This document shows, piece after piece, positions 1 through 14,181 of a stretch of DNA of 64,000 nucleotides (positions within the stretch are counted from its first letter, which is position 1; the number at the start of each line of letters is the position of its first letter). The notes beneath the pieces are model-generated. The model saw only the letters and a list, made by a program, of their open reading frames with translations. It did not search any database and was not told where the DNA came from. The translations under genes were made by a program, and so were the position numbers. The stretch is from contig MU058781.1 in NCBI GenBank assembly GCA_013265495.1, positions 4,651,050 through 4,715,049 of the forward strand, given 5' to 3'. The stretch comes from Vicugna vicugna (lineage: Eukaryota).

Positions 1-240
1 AAGTTTGTTTATACAGACCCATCTCAGTGCCCACGCTCCATCTTGAGTGATAAGTTGCTCTCCTCTTCCTGGTATGAGAGAGAGGGACACCTTCACAAAG
101 GAAAATTTATGCTGCTTTTAGGCAGAAAGGGGGAGGGAAGAGAATGCTTCCTGCATCTGCTGATTCTCAATTGCCTTCAGCTCAAAATAATCCTTATGCC
201 AAAGTGGCGTATTTGGAGTGGTGTGTCCTGCTCCCCTTCA
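1..240 (-). mobile_element. ERV1-class LTR, MER34/MER39-like (5' part; runs off the window start)
   Basis: The minus strand begins TGAAGGGGAGCAGG...GCCACTTTGGCATAAGGATTATTTTGAGCTGAAGGCAATTGAGAA. It aligns by eye with five other copies in the window. Confidence 0.8.
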
Positions 241-1794
241 CATGGTACGCTGGAAGGGTCTAATAAATGTGAATGTATGAAAGACCTAAAAACTCTTTTG
301 CCAATGCCCAGCAAATGTTAAATACGAAAGGGAAACCTGACTGACACCACGGTTATTGACAGAGCGTGGGGAAGGCCCCGGTGCCTTCATGCAGATCTTT
401 GCAAGGGTTAATGACTGCTTCTTTGAATCTCAGTGTAGCAGCTGCAAATGACATCAGATTTTCTGCCACAATGGCTTAAATCAAAACAATGAATCCATCA
501 AGGGGAAGGCCAAGGGAACCATGTGGGGCTCACAGGCAAGAGCGCGGCAGAGGGGTCCAAACAAACGAGGTTGGGAGAGATTTTCACTGCTGTTTGAGAA
601 AACCTCAAAATGCGAATGTTTCAGGCATTTTCACAAAAGAGTAACTGCCTGTCTCACTGGGAAAAAGACATCCAGGGCAGACGTCCAGAGGCACAGGATG
701 ACTGCACTTCGGCCCAGCGCGGGGCCTGACAGAAGGCTGGGAATTTGCTTAATTAGTTTGAACAACAAACGCACGTGTCCTCCCTGAGCTCTTTGTCCTC
801 CGAGGTCCTCTCATCAGGTAAGAGAACTGCCACATCGCACATGCTTGCAATCATCATCTTCCTAAGAAAACACACGCTCTGGAATAGTCAACAGTCCTCT
901 TCCTAGAGAGACCCAAAGCCTAAGAAACAAGCACGACCTTCAGAATTGCTGCAGGAACAATCCTGACACGTTGATTCTTCAATGAACCTCTGTGAGGAAC
1001 AGCTGACAGTCGTTTTTGCCGATCTGTACAGACGTTTTGCCTACGTCTGCGGGTGCAGCCCCGTGCGTGACCACGTTTCCACCGACTGTCTCAGCGGCCC
1101 CACGGACCAAACCCTAGAGAAAGAACAATGACCTGGAAAAGCAACGCAGAGTGTTCTTTCCCAGGAAGTCTCAGGACAGGTATTTTCTTAACTGTTCTGG
1201 GTTCATCGTATGCAATGAATTCCCTACAGCGAACGACTTCACTTTCTCTAATAACTCTGAAGAGACCAAGAAGTGATGCAATCTCATCTCCTTCTCCGTC
1301 AACCACCTGCAAATCTCTCACTGCTTGTACTCAGCAGCCATTCCCCAGACTCCAGAAAGTGTGAGCAGCCCACAGGTGGGTCCCAAGGGAAGGAAGGAAA
1401 GTGATGGAAAGAGGGAGTCAGGGTGGTGGGAGGGGGAAAAAGAATCATATTTCTCTTGCGAAGAGTGAAACAGATGCTCAGGTGATGAACATAACTTCCA
1501 ATTACTTGCCACAAACCAACCCTGAAATTTAAAGTTACTGTATTTCCTCAACAGACTAACAGGCAGAGGATCTAGTCTGTAAATAACAAGGACTTTATAC
1601 TCTTAAATTTGGGGGTTTTATGTGAAACCCTACCCTTATCCCAGCATTTCCTCTTTGTGGTGGAACAAGCCAGCTCTGATCTTGAATGCTTAGCAGCCCT
1701 TCTCATAAAACACTGCGCCAGGCTAAAACGGAGTTAGGACTAGTCCTCTCAGAGTATGAAGCTAGGATCCCCTGTTTTGGAAACACTTGAGCAG

Positions 1795-1920
1795 CCTGTG
1801 AAAAAGTGTAGATTCCTGGACCACAACCCAGACCTACTGGCTGTGATTATCAGGAGGCTCTGCATTTTTAACTAGTGCCCTTGGAGGAGTCTTGGGCATA
1901 ATACAATTTGAAAAGTACTG
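1795..1920. mobile_element. MER5-like hAT-Charlie relic
   Basis: GATTCCTGGACCACAACCCAGACCTACT...CTGCATTTTTAAC...TTTGAAAAGTACTG resembles the MER5 consensus as I recall it. Confidence 0.5.
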
Positions 1921-3104
1921 TTACGGCAAGGGTGACAGAGTTCTCACAAGGAGAAATCATGACATCTTTTGTTTTCACCTGTAGGAGTACATCCTCCATA
2001 CTCCTATCCTCTCGTCGGAAGATGCACTGCTTCCCAAACTGGAATGGAAATGTAGGTTCCGACTTAGTTGATTCTGCTCCAGTAGCCTGAGGTGGGAGGG
2101 AGCGTCTGCAAGTCTAATAAACTCCCGGGAGCTGCCACCACCACCAGTGGTGTACTCCAAAGTATGGTTGGAGGCTTCGTTTATAATCCTAGAAGCCTGG
2201 ATTAGATCAAATGTACCAGGAAGCCCCTCAAACTCAAAAACCCCTCTTACTGACAGTCTACCAAGCAGAGAATTTTAGGCCACCAAACTCCCTTTCGAAA
2301 TGCAAATATTTCCCCAGAAGGGTGAAGCCTCAGTGTGACTTATTTTAATCAGATTGTGATCTTCTTAGGCGAAACTCAGCCCCACCCAGATAGTGGAAGT
2401 TTTAACTAGAGGGGAGGAGATGATGATAATAAGGGGGCCGGAACAGGATGTGCCCTGAAGGCCTTAGAGAGAAATAGGGCAGCAAAGGGTTTCCTGCTCC
2501 CACAGGAGAAAGACCAACAGGTGTGAGCAGGCTGCTGGGTAGAGGAGAGTCCAATTCAGATTTGACCCAGTTGCAACATTACAGATCTTAATAGGAAGCC
2601 TGCTGTCTGCCAAGCACTGGGCGAGGGCCTAGGGATGCTCACATGAACAAGAGGCAGCCCTGCCCCTGCAGGATTAAAAACCCAGCAAGCTGGCCTCCAG
2701 CCCTGAGAGAGGAAACCACCCCTGGCACTGTCTCAGGCTTTTGGCATGGGGCCATTGGTTGCCGATACCAGCCCACGCCATGGTAGGGCAAGATCTGTCA
2801 GTACTGGAATGTCCGAAAACAACAATATACTAAAATGCACAAGAGCCAGGCTAGACTACTTTCCATTTGACTCCCATTGATAAAGCCTTTGTAAATTACA
2901 ATCACTACATGCCAGCTAACGCTGTGGGGTCTGCAGTCTCCATTTCAGTCATGAGAGTTCATCAAATATCCAGTCTTTCTTTGAGAATTTCACACATGGA
3001 CTTCTCCGTAGAATGATGACTAGAAGCAAGTTTAAACCAATTAATTTGGACAATTTAAACGAAAATTTTTTTAAAAATGAAAATTTTAAATTAAGAAAAA
3101 GTCC

Positions 3105-3648
3105 CATAAGAGAGGAAAAAACTTTTCCTCCACTTTCTTAAGCTCAGTGTATGGGGCCTGTGAATTAAATTGACAAATGACAGGTTAACAGAAGAAAAGG
3201 CATACAATTTTTATTGATGTCGATATTTTTATGCACATAGGGGCTTCACAGAAAAGAGGTGAAAACCCCATTTTAACAAAGGATGATAAACTGTGGAGAA
3301 CTGAGTAGACAAAAGAGAGGGGTTTGGGCATTTAGTAGTGATAAATTGTGGGAAGGTGACCAGGAAATATATGAGGGAAACTAATGGAAGATAAGGGTTA
3401 TTTTAGTAAGGTCTGTTTATGTAGATTCACCTCAGCCTTGACCCTCCTTCTCCAGTGATAAGAGTTGCTCTCCCCTTTCTGGTACAAGGAGGGCCCCTTT
3501 CTCACAGGAAATTTATGTCTTGCTTTTAGGCAGATAGGGGAGGGCAAAGAGCTTTCCCTGTGTCTGCTGATTCTCAATTGCCATCAGCTCAAAATAATCC
3601 TTATGCCCAAGTGGCATATTTGAGGGTGGCTTAATCTAACCCCCTTCA
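3105..3648 (-). mobile_element. ERV1-class solo LTR, MER34/MER39-like
   Basis: Same diagnostic 5' motif as 1-240, full length. Flanks GTCC (3101-3104) and GTCA (3649-3652) fit a 4-bp TSD with one mismatch. Confidence 0.8.
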
Positions 3649-4414
3649 GTCATTAAAATCTTCTCTGTACAAAATAACTCAAGTGCAAAACCCTCAAGCC
3701 ATTACCCAGGTTACAAGGGTGGCTCAGCCTCCTTCCCTCACTCCCAGACAGAATGAATTTGTCCAGTCAGCCTACTTCAAGCCCTGGCTTTCTCTCATAA
3801 TGTACCTGGACCTTCGACAGCCCCTCTCAGGTCAGCCAGGGCACTCCCTGTCTTGGGATCTGTTGCACATCCAACAACCACCCAAAGTTTTTCTTAACTT
3901 TATAAGTTATAAGAGGATGTCTCCATTCCTGACCTCCTCTTACCCCTCCCCAACACTGTGACTCACCCCACTTGCTTGATACCAGTTTCATCCTCCCCCC
4001 TAAATGCACTACAGTACTTGCTGCTATGAAAGTTCAGTGTTTGAATCCTACCTCATCCACTGGCCCTATGGAAGTCATTTAAACTTGTTAACTCTATTTC
4101 AACTTACAAATGGGAATACAAGTATTTACTTCATAGAGCTGATATCAGGAATAGATCAGATCATACTGTAAAGTATTATGTAGATATTTACAATGCTCAG
4201 TTAATTTTGTATGTATAGAATCTGTTTAAGGTTTTACACGTCTTTCTGAAGGCCCTACTATGTTTCTGCTACTGTTGGAGGTACTCTTCATGTCTTCAGC
4301 AAGGATTTAGAGCATTTACTACAATCAAGCGAGTGTGCTAGATCAGGACACTCATCTAGCAAACTCTGCCAACTACTTTTGTACAGCCAAGAGCTAAGAA
4401 TGGTTTTCACATTT

Positions 4415-4838
4415 TGTAGTAGGTTGAATGGTATCCCCCTAAAATTCATGTTTATCTGGGACTTCTGAATACGACCTTATTTGGAAATAGGGTCTTTGCA
4501 AAAGTAATTGGTTAAGATCTTGTTTTTCATTTGTTTGTTTTGCTTTTGCAGGGGAAGTGATTAGGTTTAATTTATTTTTTAATGGAGGTACTGGGGATTG
4601 AACCCAGGACCTCATGCCTACTAAGCAAGCACTCTACCACTGAGCTATACCCTCCCCTGAGGAGCTTGATATAAAGTCATCCTATAAGTCCTACATTCAA
4701 TGTCTGGTGTCCTTTTAAGAAGAGGAGAGGACACATGAACACTGGGGGAAAAGGCCACACGAAGACAGAGGCAGAGATTGGAGTGATGGAGCTGTGCACC
4801 ACAAACATCAAGGGTTGCCGGGAACCACCAGAAGCCAG
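4415..4838 (+). mobile_element. MaLR LTR (MLT1C-like), interrupted by a SINE
   Basis: TGTAGTAGGTTGAATGG...GACCTTATTTGGAAATAGGGTCTTTGCA...GAAGACAGAGGCAGAGATTGGAGTGATG are typical MLT1 motifs. Confidence 0.75.
4523..4657 (-). mobile_element. Vic-1-type tRNA-Ala-derived SINE
   Basis: The reverse complement reads GGGGAGGGTATAGCTCAGTGGTAGAG...GGGTTCAATCCCCAGTACCTCC, followed by an A-rich tail. Confidence 0.9.
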
Positions 4839-6431
4839 TTATCTTTATTTTAGTAATTTTGATTTTTTTAACTTTGAGACAATTTTATTACAATTTGTAT
4901 TTTTGCATCTTGCTCTTTGTAATTTTGAATTTGGGGGCAGGGAATCTAGATCCTGAGAAGTCCTGGAGAGGCCAGTGGACCAAGGTGGGGGCCACAGCAG
5001 GATGCCGGAGAGAAGCAGAACTTGATGGGTCATCGAAGACCAGGGCTCAGCAGGCCCCGACATCAGCTCTGTCAGCCCCTGACGGGGTGCTCAACCTGCC
5101 CTTGCAGATCCATGCTGGGGAAGGTAAAAGCCCCCACCTCAAGGGTCAGAAACAGGGTTCAGGAATTAATGCTGCCTTCCAAGCTCCGCTACCAGTCCCG
5201 CTGTCTCCCCTACAGCACCCCACCTGTGTGCCAGCTCTGACCCGCCATTTCCACCTTTCCCTGCCCTGGGCCCAGATCTCAGCCTCCACTCTTCACCCAC
5301 AGGGCCTGTATTTGCTGGCTCCATCTCTCTGCTCTCCTTCAGGAGAGGTTCTTGTTACCTGCCTTCTGGCCTCCAGGAGGTACGGGGTGCCCACCTTGTT
5401 CCTGGATACAGTGGACAACCACTGACTCGTGCTTTGAATTTGCCTAGTCTTTTAACCTCTCCGGGACTCAGGGTCCCTGCATGCAGTGTGGGAGGGGGCC
5501 AGTCCTGTCACAGCTCTGGGGCTGTTTCAAGGACCGTGTTGGATGTCTGTGTTAAAACGCTTTATAAATCGTAGAGCCCAATAATGAAAGGGGTTACTGA
5601 GCTTATTACACTGGGCCTGGACAGACTCGTGGATTCATCTCTGTCAGTTGTTGCAAGTGCCAGGGAGCACGCGGACTGAACAGCCCAGCGCGGCACCAGT
5701 AAGAGGTGGGCGTGTTAACGCTGCTGACGACGATGAACGTGTGGGCGGAGATCACAGCTAATCTACAGGGAGGCCGCAGACAACAGCTATCGCTGTCTTG
5801 CCCACCCACCTATTCCCAAAGCCTCCCACTCGCCTGTGGATGTAGCTCCGTTTTATAGCACGTCAAGGGTGTTAGACTGCTCTTTGAAAAATGGATTTTT
5901 GAAAATTTCTCTCTTATCACCAAATGAAATCAAATACCCTCCCCCTATAGATTGACAGCAAGCGATTCTGGCTCTGCTGGTCTCGGTGGCCTAGTCTGTA
6001 ATTTTGTGGCGCACCTGGACAGCGGGCTCACACCCTGTGGCACGGAGACGCCTCCCCCAGGCCGCTCGGCAGAAAGAGCACTGGGAAGAACACAGCTCTC
6101 TGCTAAACGCAGCAGTGCGCGTGGGTGTCTGGGGAGGTGTTCCGGGGAGAGAGGTTGTTAGAAGGAAGGCGACGCTCTTGTTAATTTCTCTGAGCCTCTC
6201 AGATCCTGAGAAACAAACCGTTCAACTTCCATATCCATTTCAATGACGCCAGCTCAAATAACACCAATTTCCCCCACGTTTTTCTGTGATGAAGATGGCA
6301 AAGTATAGTTTCTTTGAAGTAAATCCTTTTGATTTTTAAAACAAATCCTGTTGGCATAAGGGCTTGCCAAACCAGCCTCTACTGAGAGTCCATCCTCTCT
6401 TCTCCGTGTTGCTATTATCATAATTGGCATT

Positions 6432-6641
6432 AATAACTCGCATTTATTGAGTGATTACTACACACCAGGCACTATATTAAGAGTTTGTTTGCATCTTAAT
6501 TGGATCTTCCTAATGACCAGATGAGTTAGGTACCCTTATCTCCATTTTACAGATGAGGAAACTGGGGCTCAGATAAGCTGTCAGTTACACAAGTTCATGC
6601 AAATTAGATGTGGCAGAACTAGGATTTACGCCTAGGTCGTC
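6432..6641 (-). mobile_element. MIR SINE
   Basis: MIR core CCATTTTACAGATGAGGAAACTGGGGCTCAGA. Confidence 0.75.
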
Positions 6642-7773
6642 TGTACTTGTCTCCTGTGGCCACCATAACAAAGTATCACAATCTAGTGGCTTGAAACGAC
6701 AGAAATGTATTCTCTCAGTGCTGGAGGCGAGACATCAGAAATCCAGATGTTGGCACGGCTGCTTCCTTGTGGCAGCCTGAGGAGGATGGGTCCCAAGCCT
6801 CTCTCCTGGCTTCTGGCGACTGCTGGCAATGTTGGGGTCCCTAGGCTTGTAGACACATCAGAGAATCTGAGTCTCTGCCTTCACATGGCGTTCTCTCCAT
6901 ATGTCCCTCTGTCTCGTCCTATTAAGTTCACCACTGATTGGACTTAGGGCCCAACTTCATTCAATGTAACCTCATTTTTTAAAACTGTGGTAAAATACGT
7001 ATATAACAAAATTTGCCATTTCTAAGTGTACAATTCAATGGCATTAATTACATTCACAGTGTTGTATGACTGTCACCACTATTTCCAAAGCCCTTTCATC
7101 ACCCCAAACAGAAACTCCCATTAGGCAATCATTCATTTCCCCCTCCTCTCAGCCCCTGGTACCCTCTACTCTATTTCTGCCTTTAGAATTTGACTCATTC
7201 TAAGTCTCTCGTGTAACGGGAACTATGTGATACTTGCCCTTTCGTGTCTAGCCTGATGCTTCAAGCTCCTCCATGTTGCGGCATGTATCAGAACTGCGTT
7301 GCTTTTTAATGCAGACTCGTATTCCATTGTCTGGATAAAACCATGTTGTTTATCCATTCATCTGTTGATGGACACTTGGGTTGTTTCCACCTTTTGGCCA
7401 TTGTGAATAATTCTGTTATGAACATTGGGGTAGAAGGGTCTGTTTCTTTTTTTGATTCTTTTGGTTGTATATCTAAGAGTAGAATTGCTGGGACAAATGA
7501 TGATTCTACATGTAACTTTTTGAGGCACCACTATACCATTTTTTACAGCAGCTGCACCATTTTACATTCCTGCCAGCAATACACAAACGTTTTAATTTCT
7601 CCACATCCTGGTCAACACATATTATTTTCCAGTTTTAGGAGGAAGAGGAGTATGGTATGCCCCCATTTTTATTCAACTAATTACATCTGCAAAGATCCTA
7701 TTTTCAGATAAGGTCACATTGTGGGGTTCTGAGTAGACATGAATTTTGGAGGGACACTGTTTAACCCAATACA
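6642..7773 (-). mobile_element. MaLR LTR (MLT1B/C-like) split by an L1 fragment
   Basis: MLT1 motifs at 6642-6975 resume at about 7675-7773 (TTACATCTGCAAAGATCCTATTTTCAGATAAGGTCACATT...AACCCAATACA). Confidence 0.75.
6976..7635 (-). mobile_element. L1 (L1MB-like) 3' end
   Basis: TTTATCCATTCATCTGTTGATGGACACTTGGGTTGTTTCCACCTTTTGG and related antisense L1 3' motifs. Confidence 0.85.
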
Positions 7774-10700
7774 GTATCTCATTCCACAGCCCACACTCGT
7801 GAACTCCAACAGAGCTACCTCACTAATGTATTTAGTCCTCACAACCCTCCAGTGAGCTTGGTTTTCTCATCCCCATTTTACAGATGGGCTTATCTGAGTG
7901 GTGAGGTAATCTGCCCAAGATCACATATTCACAACAGCTGCTTTATCTACCGTCCCATCCCACCATCTTCCTCATATTTTACATGAAAACTGCAGCAGCC
8001 CTTCCACCAAGTATCACCTTCTCACTAATTGCCTTCGCTGAACGTGCTCTAATCTGTCCTTTCCTAATAACCTGTGTACTTTTGGTATCATTGCATTTAG
8101 CACACCGCAGTGTAATTTTATTTGTGTCTACTCCTCTAGGTTAGGAACAATTAGCTTTATTACTACAATTTTTTGACATGAAAAAGGTGGGGAATCTTGA
8201 GTCCTTTCAAAATAAGAATAGCATTTCCCAGGTTTTATTTCAAGTTACCACCGCCTGGCATCTGATCAAAGAGAAATCTAGGGCACTTATCTAAGTTATC
8301 AGTCAATTTTGCTGACAGTCCAGCATTAAGCAAGCCCAGGATAAGAATTCGCTTCATGATCTTTAGCCTTTATACATGTGTTCCTCAGTTGATGGCCACA
8401 TGACATTATTCCTCTGATTCTGTGCCTTTGGAACACTCTCAGAGTAATGTTGAATCCTCCAGATTATGAGATCTGTAATAAACCTAAATGAAATTTTTTT
8501 TAAATGAGAGAATATTTTCCCAGCAGCATCCTGTCTTGTACATGGTATTGCAAAGACCTTAAAGAGAGTGCAGTGGTGAAGTTTTTAATTTCAGAGATAC
8601 AATATAATAAAGGAACCATCGTCTGTTCTGTAGCATACTCAGAGTTACCATCGAAAGTACTTATTAGTAATGTAATAAATATTCTGTCTCTTCTCTCCCT
8701 CCTTTATTACCTAACATACAGCTTAAACTCCCATTAAGTTCTATAATTTACTTCACCTGTCTATGCTTCTGAGGATTAGCCAAATGCCTCAGCAACGCTG
8801 AGGCAATCCCAGAGCGCTCAATCAGTCCATGAATAATAAAGATATTGTGGGTGTGTACGTATACAGACAAACTCAAATATACTGATAACAACAGAACCAT
8901 CCTCACACAAAGCAGGATGAGGAGTTACTAGGCAAAAACTGTGAATGGGTTCTATTTCTAGCATTGGAGAGAGCAGCTTTATAAACTAAAGCAAGGCAAT
9001 TTTAATTACATCCATTTAAACCCTTCATAGTTCTCCTTCACCTAAAGGAATCAAGTTCGTAATTCTTAGGGAGGCTCTGCTGTCATCTCCCATTGGGCAG
9101 TCCAGTCTTAGAGTCTCCTAAATACCACGTGAAATTCCATACCTACAATGTCCTGCTTTGCCCAGCTGGTGACCTCCTATTTGTTCTTGGAGACCTAGTT
9201 CAGAATTTTCATCCCCCTAGGAACTTTAATTACATAGTCCTTCCTTTCTGGATAAAGTTACTCTGCACTTTATTCATATTTCTACCGTCATTTTCATCAC
9301 ATTCTATAATCCACTTACTTGAGAACTTGAGGGCAGGAATTCTGTTTTATTCATCTCTGAGTTCCCCAGGCTGGACTCAGAGCGAGTGCTTGATAAATGT
9401 TTATCATTATGAATTGTTCATTTGAATGCCTCCCCCTCCCCCATCCCTGGCCTTTCTCAAGTTCATTTTGTCTGCTTGGAAGTTATTTTTAAACATAGCT
9501 CAGGAAACCTGCAAATGTGTCAGGCCAAATTTTTTACATTCTCAAATTTTTTAAAATCTTATAGAAATCCTGGAAATTCTAGAGGTAGTGACCTCACATT
9601 TAATCCCTTGTTCAGGCGCAACATGACTGTGTCCCTGTGCTTTGGCAAAAAAGCAAGAATTGCATTTATCTCTCCAACCTATCTTGCTACCAGCCATTCA
9701 CCTGTCATTCTCTAAATGTTCACCTTTGTCCTTGGAAGTTTGCTCTCCAGTAGCTTAAAGGAAACCACTCTTTAGAGAGAAAAATAAGTAAGACCAAAAC
9801 AATTCAAAGACCCTGACATTGCTGGGGAGAGATATTGATCAACTCTCCTAGCCGAAGCTAGATAATCTCCAGAAATGGAAACATCAATGGAAAAATAGAC
9901 ATTGCAAGGCACCATGGGAACATGGCAGTGACAGGGAAGAGGTTAAGGCACAGTTCTAGGCTCAAGGAGGGGCTGGAGTCCTTCATTCAGGCATTTTAGG
10001 TCTGTATACAGATAGGGTTGCTTGGAGGACAGGACTGGCTTATAACCCCCTCCCCATCAGCCGCAGATGGTCACAGGAACTAAGACATGCTGCTCACTGA
10101 AGACTCACTATTAAAATGGAAGTAGTAAGTCTCTGAATTAGGCATTTTTGGGGTGAGAGAGAAAAAGCAAGAATGAATAAGAAGAGTAAATGGAGCTAAA
10201 GGAAAAACTTAATGACTCAACAAAACTGCATAGCAGAAACTACAGAGTTTTGGGGGGTTTTTTTGTTTTTGTTTTTTATATTAGTGACATGTGGATCAGG
10301 CTAAACATTAGCCTCCGAACTGACTGCTCCTGGCAAATAATTTGATTGTGATATGAACTTAAATTTTTTAAAAGTAGAGACCAATACCTTGATGCTGGGT
10401 AGGCGGGAGGGGGCAGAGGATAAGGGTGGGAAGTCCCTAGGCAGATTTGTGCAAGCTTCCGAGAAATGGGAGCTGGCAGGGCTGCAGACCTGGAAAAAGG
10501 GAAAAGGCAGGGTGGGTGCTAGGAGGGACAAGCATTTGGGGAGCAATGGGTGGATCATTTCTGACTTCAAAGGAACAAAGTGAGTTTCTTATAAAACGGA
10601 TTATTGCTATGAAAGAAGGGAGAAATCTAATTTAGCTGTTTTGCCCAAATGGCTGTGTCAACATCTGAGCCATGGCCAAGTTGAGTCAAAGTGACATCAG

Positions 10701-11642
10701 ACAGAAGACCTCAACTACTTGGGTAACTTTCCTTAGAATCAATATGGAGCTTCAAAATCCTAAGGGTTGAGGCCCAGTATATGAAGATTTCTCCCAAAAT
10801 TTCCCAAATGAAGGAAGAGCTGTTCTAGCAGACACTTACTTTGGGAGTCCTTTCCCAAAGACCCAAATGTCCTTTGATCTCGCTCGACGGCCCCTGAGCA
10901 GTGAGAAATAACGTGCTACATCGAACTTTTTGCAGAATGAGAATGTGAGAAAGAACAGGTTCGCAGCTCCCTGACCAGGTGTAGGTCTGTGTGACCTTGA
11001 GCAAATCTCTGGGTTTTAGCCAGCTCCCTACTCTGCAAAAATAAGTAAATAAATAAAGAGAAGAAAAGAGTAGGACCAAGCAGGAGAAAGAATGAATTAA
11101 TGATTGTTAAGCACCTTGGAAACCGAAGTGCTATTTAAATGCAAAATAAACTGCAGGATAACAAGTTCACTTTGGCTTTAGGAAGAAGTGCTATCAACTG
11201 GCAGGAGCCATTACAAGTCACAGGCTATAAAATAGGCGGTAAAGTGGGCTTTGTTCAGCTTTGCCCTGCAGAACCATATAACCTTGCCTGAAATTCACTG
11301 TTTTCCCCAGTCCTAGAGCGATCAAACACAGCGCATCCACGACCAGCAAAGGCCGGGCAATTCAAAAAAAGGACTCTGCCTGCACTTCAGAGTTCACCTA
11401 CCCTCACTGCCATGGAGGTCCCACCATTCCCTGGGCACCACGTGGTCCTGTGCGGGAAATCATCCCAACTAAACAACCCAGTGAAGGAAGCATCATTATT
11501 ACCCTTTCAGAGGCAGACACGAAAGCTTAACCCAGTTTAAAAACTCGCCCAATATCAAATAACTAGTTTAAGAGCAGAGGCAGGAAATGAAGTCTGGCTC
11601 TGCTGACTTTCTTTCTGTGACAATGGCAACCTTGCATCCCTC

Positions 11643-12172
11643 TGAAATAGAGCAGGACCCTATAGGGCCCTCCCTGGTCCAAATCCTTTCCATGTCCCCC
11701 ATTAGAAACAGACTCCATTCAGCTTCCTTGACCTTCCCTGAGTTCCAAAGGGATTTAAACAGTTGCTAATCAGGAAAGGAACAGTCAAGAAATGAGTGCA
11801 GTCCTGGGACAGGGTCCTGTTTCCTCCTGAACAAATGTATATAATGATACCTTTGGGTTCTTCTGCAGGAACTAAGGCCCCCACCCAGGTGGAGGATGGC
11901 AACTTCAGGCAGAACACAAGGTATCTGGAACACCACCCTGTTACCTCACCACCAGCCAATCAGAAGACAGTCACACACCTGGCAGCCCTCACCCCAAATG
12001 TTGCCTAGGAAAAGCTTTTCCTGGAAAACCTTTGGGGAGTTTGGGTTTTTTCAGCACTAGCCACCCGTTCTCCTTGCTTGGCCCTGCAATAAACCTTTCT
12101 CTGCTCCAAACTGATGTTTCAATTTGTTTGGCCTCACTGGGTGTCGGGCACACGAACTTCTGTTTGGTGACA
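11643..12172 (+). mobile_element. ERV1-class solo LTR
   Basis: TG...CA termini, a perfect 4-bp TSD CCTC (11639-11642 and 12173-12176), and AATAAA at 12088-12093. Confidence 0.85.
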
Positions 12173-14181
12173 CCTCATCCCAGTCCTGCGCCCACTAATC
12201 CGCACTGATCACCTCAAAACACCAACGAAGCATGTAGTTGTTGGGTTACTGGAGCATTTGGAGCAAACTCCTGCCAAAAAAGCAAAATAGACTCATCTTC
12301 TTTATTTCATAGTTCCTTCTAGGACTCTTTTGTTTGCTTGAAAGTCTCTCAACTAGAATTTACCAGGGGAGAGGGGGATAGACACATATTTTGTGCTCTA
12401 TGATGTCATCCTTAACACTAATCCTATGGAGAATGTACTGAAAAAGGAAAAAGCACATATTCCTGAAGTCAGTTTGAAATGTTAGCAGGTCAGGGATGAG
12501 CTCCTCCAGTCAACTGGATGGAAAGGGCTCTGTTCCCAGGTAATTAGCAAACAAATGATAAAATTCAGAAGGGGTCAGATGTGTCCTTCAGGCTGCCCCT
12601 GAGGAATTCAGAGGGCTTCTTGTCTCTATAATCAAAAGCTTAGATAGATAAGAACTTTGAAAATTCTAGCATTGCACAGGACTGTGGTTGGGGTGTCTTC
12701 AGGAGGGCATGCCCTTTGATGAGCTGGTGAGAGAGATCCCTTTCCTCCCAGAGGGGAGTGGGGGTTAAGAGTTTGGAGGAGGCATCTGCAGGAGCTAAAG
12801 CTGTATTAAATCATCAACATCAAGTATTTTTAAGAGCCGGATGAGGCATCTGTGGGAGTTCCTTGGAAAATATGGCCATTGGTTTGTTACATGGGAAGGG
12901 AATCATGTAAAAGGATTAGGTAACCTAAAAACAGCTGGACCAGGGGAAGGCAGATGGCAGAGGGTTCATGGCCCTTTGGGGAAGGCAATGAAAACCTAGA
13001 CAAGAAGACAGACAAAACCAAAAGGTGGGGGAGGGGAGCAGTTTGGTGCCGAGGGGCTGGGGAGAGAAGCAAAAGAGGAAGATGAATCCCAGGTCTAAAT
13101 GGCAGGTCAAAAATGCAGCAGCTGCTACAGTGACAAAGGAAGGGGGTGGGGGACAGAAGGAAGAGGCAATTTTAGACCAAACGACAAGTAGCGAGGATCT
13201 CTGTGATGGACTGAGAATTATCCCATTATCAGCAGAGCTCACAGTAGAAGGAGAAGCATGATAAAGCTCTCATTCATGAACACTGACCCTTTGCCAGACA
13301 CCAGGCTAGGGGTTTACCTGTGCCCTATCATTTAGTCCTCCGAACAGCCTTGCTAGATAGGTATTGTTATATCCATTTTACAGACAAGCAAACTGATCTT
13401 TGGAGGCGAAGAGGCTGACTTCCCAGGAACATAATGTAGCTTAAAATAGGAGCCCATCAGTGACATACTGGAAAGGGAGGAAGGCAACACAAAGGGAAAG
13501 AGAAGGGATGTAAATGCTGTGGCCTAACCTCAGTGAAGACTAGGGGGCAGGGAGATCTAGACACAAGAGCATGAAGACAAAAGGAGTGCTTGTCAGGGAG
13601 CGCTTGCAAACCTCAGCTGAGCAGCCCAAGTGCTCTGATCCCATACAGATGATGGTTCTCAGCTGCAGAAAGCTGTCATGAAATTAGCTCATGCTGAAAT
13701 GAAGCTTAATAGTTCTACAAAACCATTGACATGTTCCAGCCAGGAGGAGAAGAGGTTTGTTATCAAATGATTGACTAGGGCAAAGAAGACTCCAGAGAAG
13801 CAAGAAAGCAAGATAAGGGCCAAGGATATCAGATCCAAAAAAGGAAGCTTTGGCAGGGGGGGTTAACATTTCTGATTACTCTTTTTTCAGAATTACTCTT
13901 TGAGATTAATAATGAGGAGGGGACCCAAGACTCAGCCCCAGATATGAATCCCAGAGTAGTGATGCTGTGAGATTGCTGCATGGTACCAGTCCAGAGGGAC
14001 TCTAACAGTGAGGGGCCATAACACATTCCCCTAGAGCAAAGTATTCCCCATCTAAGGTCATGGAGTCTAGGAGTTTGGAGCTGTACATTTGTGATTCAGT
14101 ACTTCCACTTATTAGCTGTGTGATCCAGAGCAGCTTATTTCATTTCTATAAGCATCAAGTTGATTATCTGTAAAGTGGGAG

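Noticed and set aside
1979..2086. 108-nt exon-like segment on the minus strand (acceptor CCTCAG, donor GTGAAA, open frames)
   Set aside because: Weak donor, unrecognised peptide and no partner exons. It cannot be supported without RNA-seq or conservation data.
4859..5425. 188-aa ORF, and likewise 56982-57440 and 63283-63795
   Set aside because: No protein-like features or homology that I recognise. The latter two overlap MIR/MLT1 repeats.
8785..8805. Hairpin TGCCTCAGC-AAC-GCTGAGGCA, and smaller ones near 1029 and 34663
   Set aside because: Stems of 7-9 bp are expected by chance at this scale.
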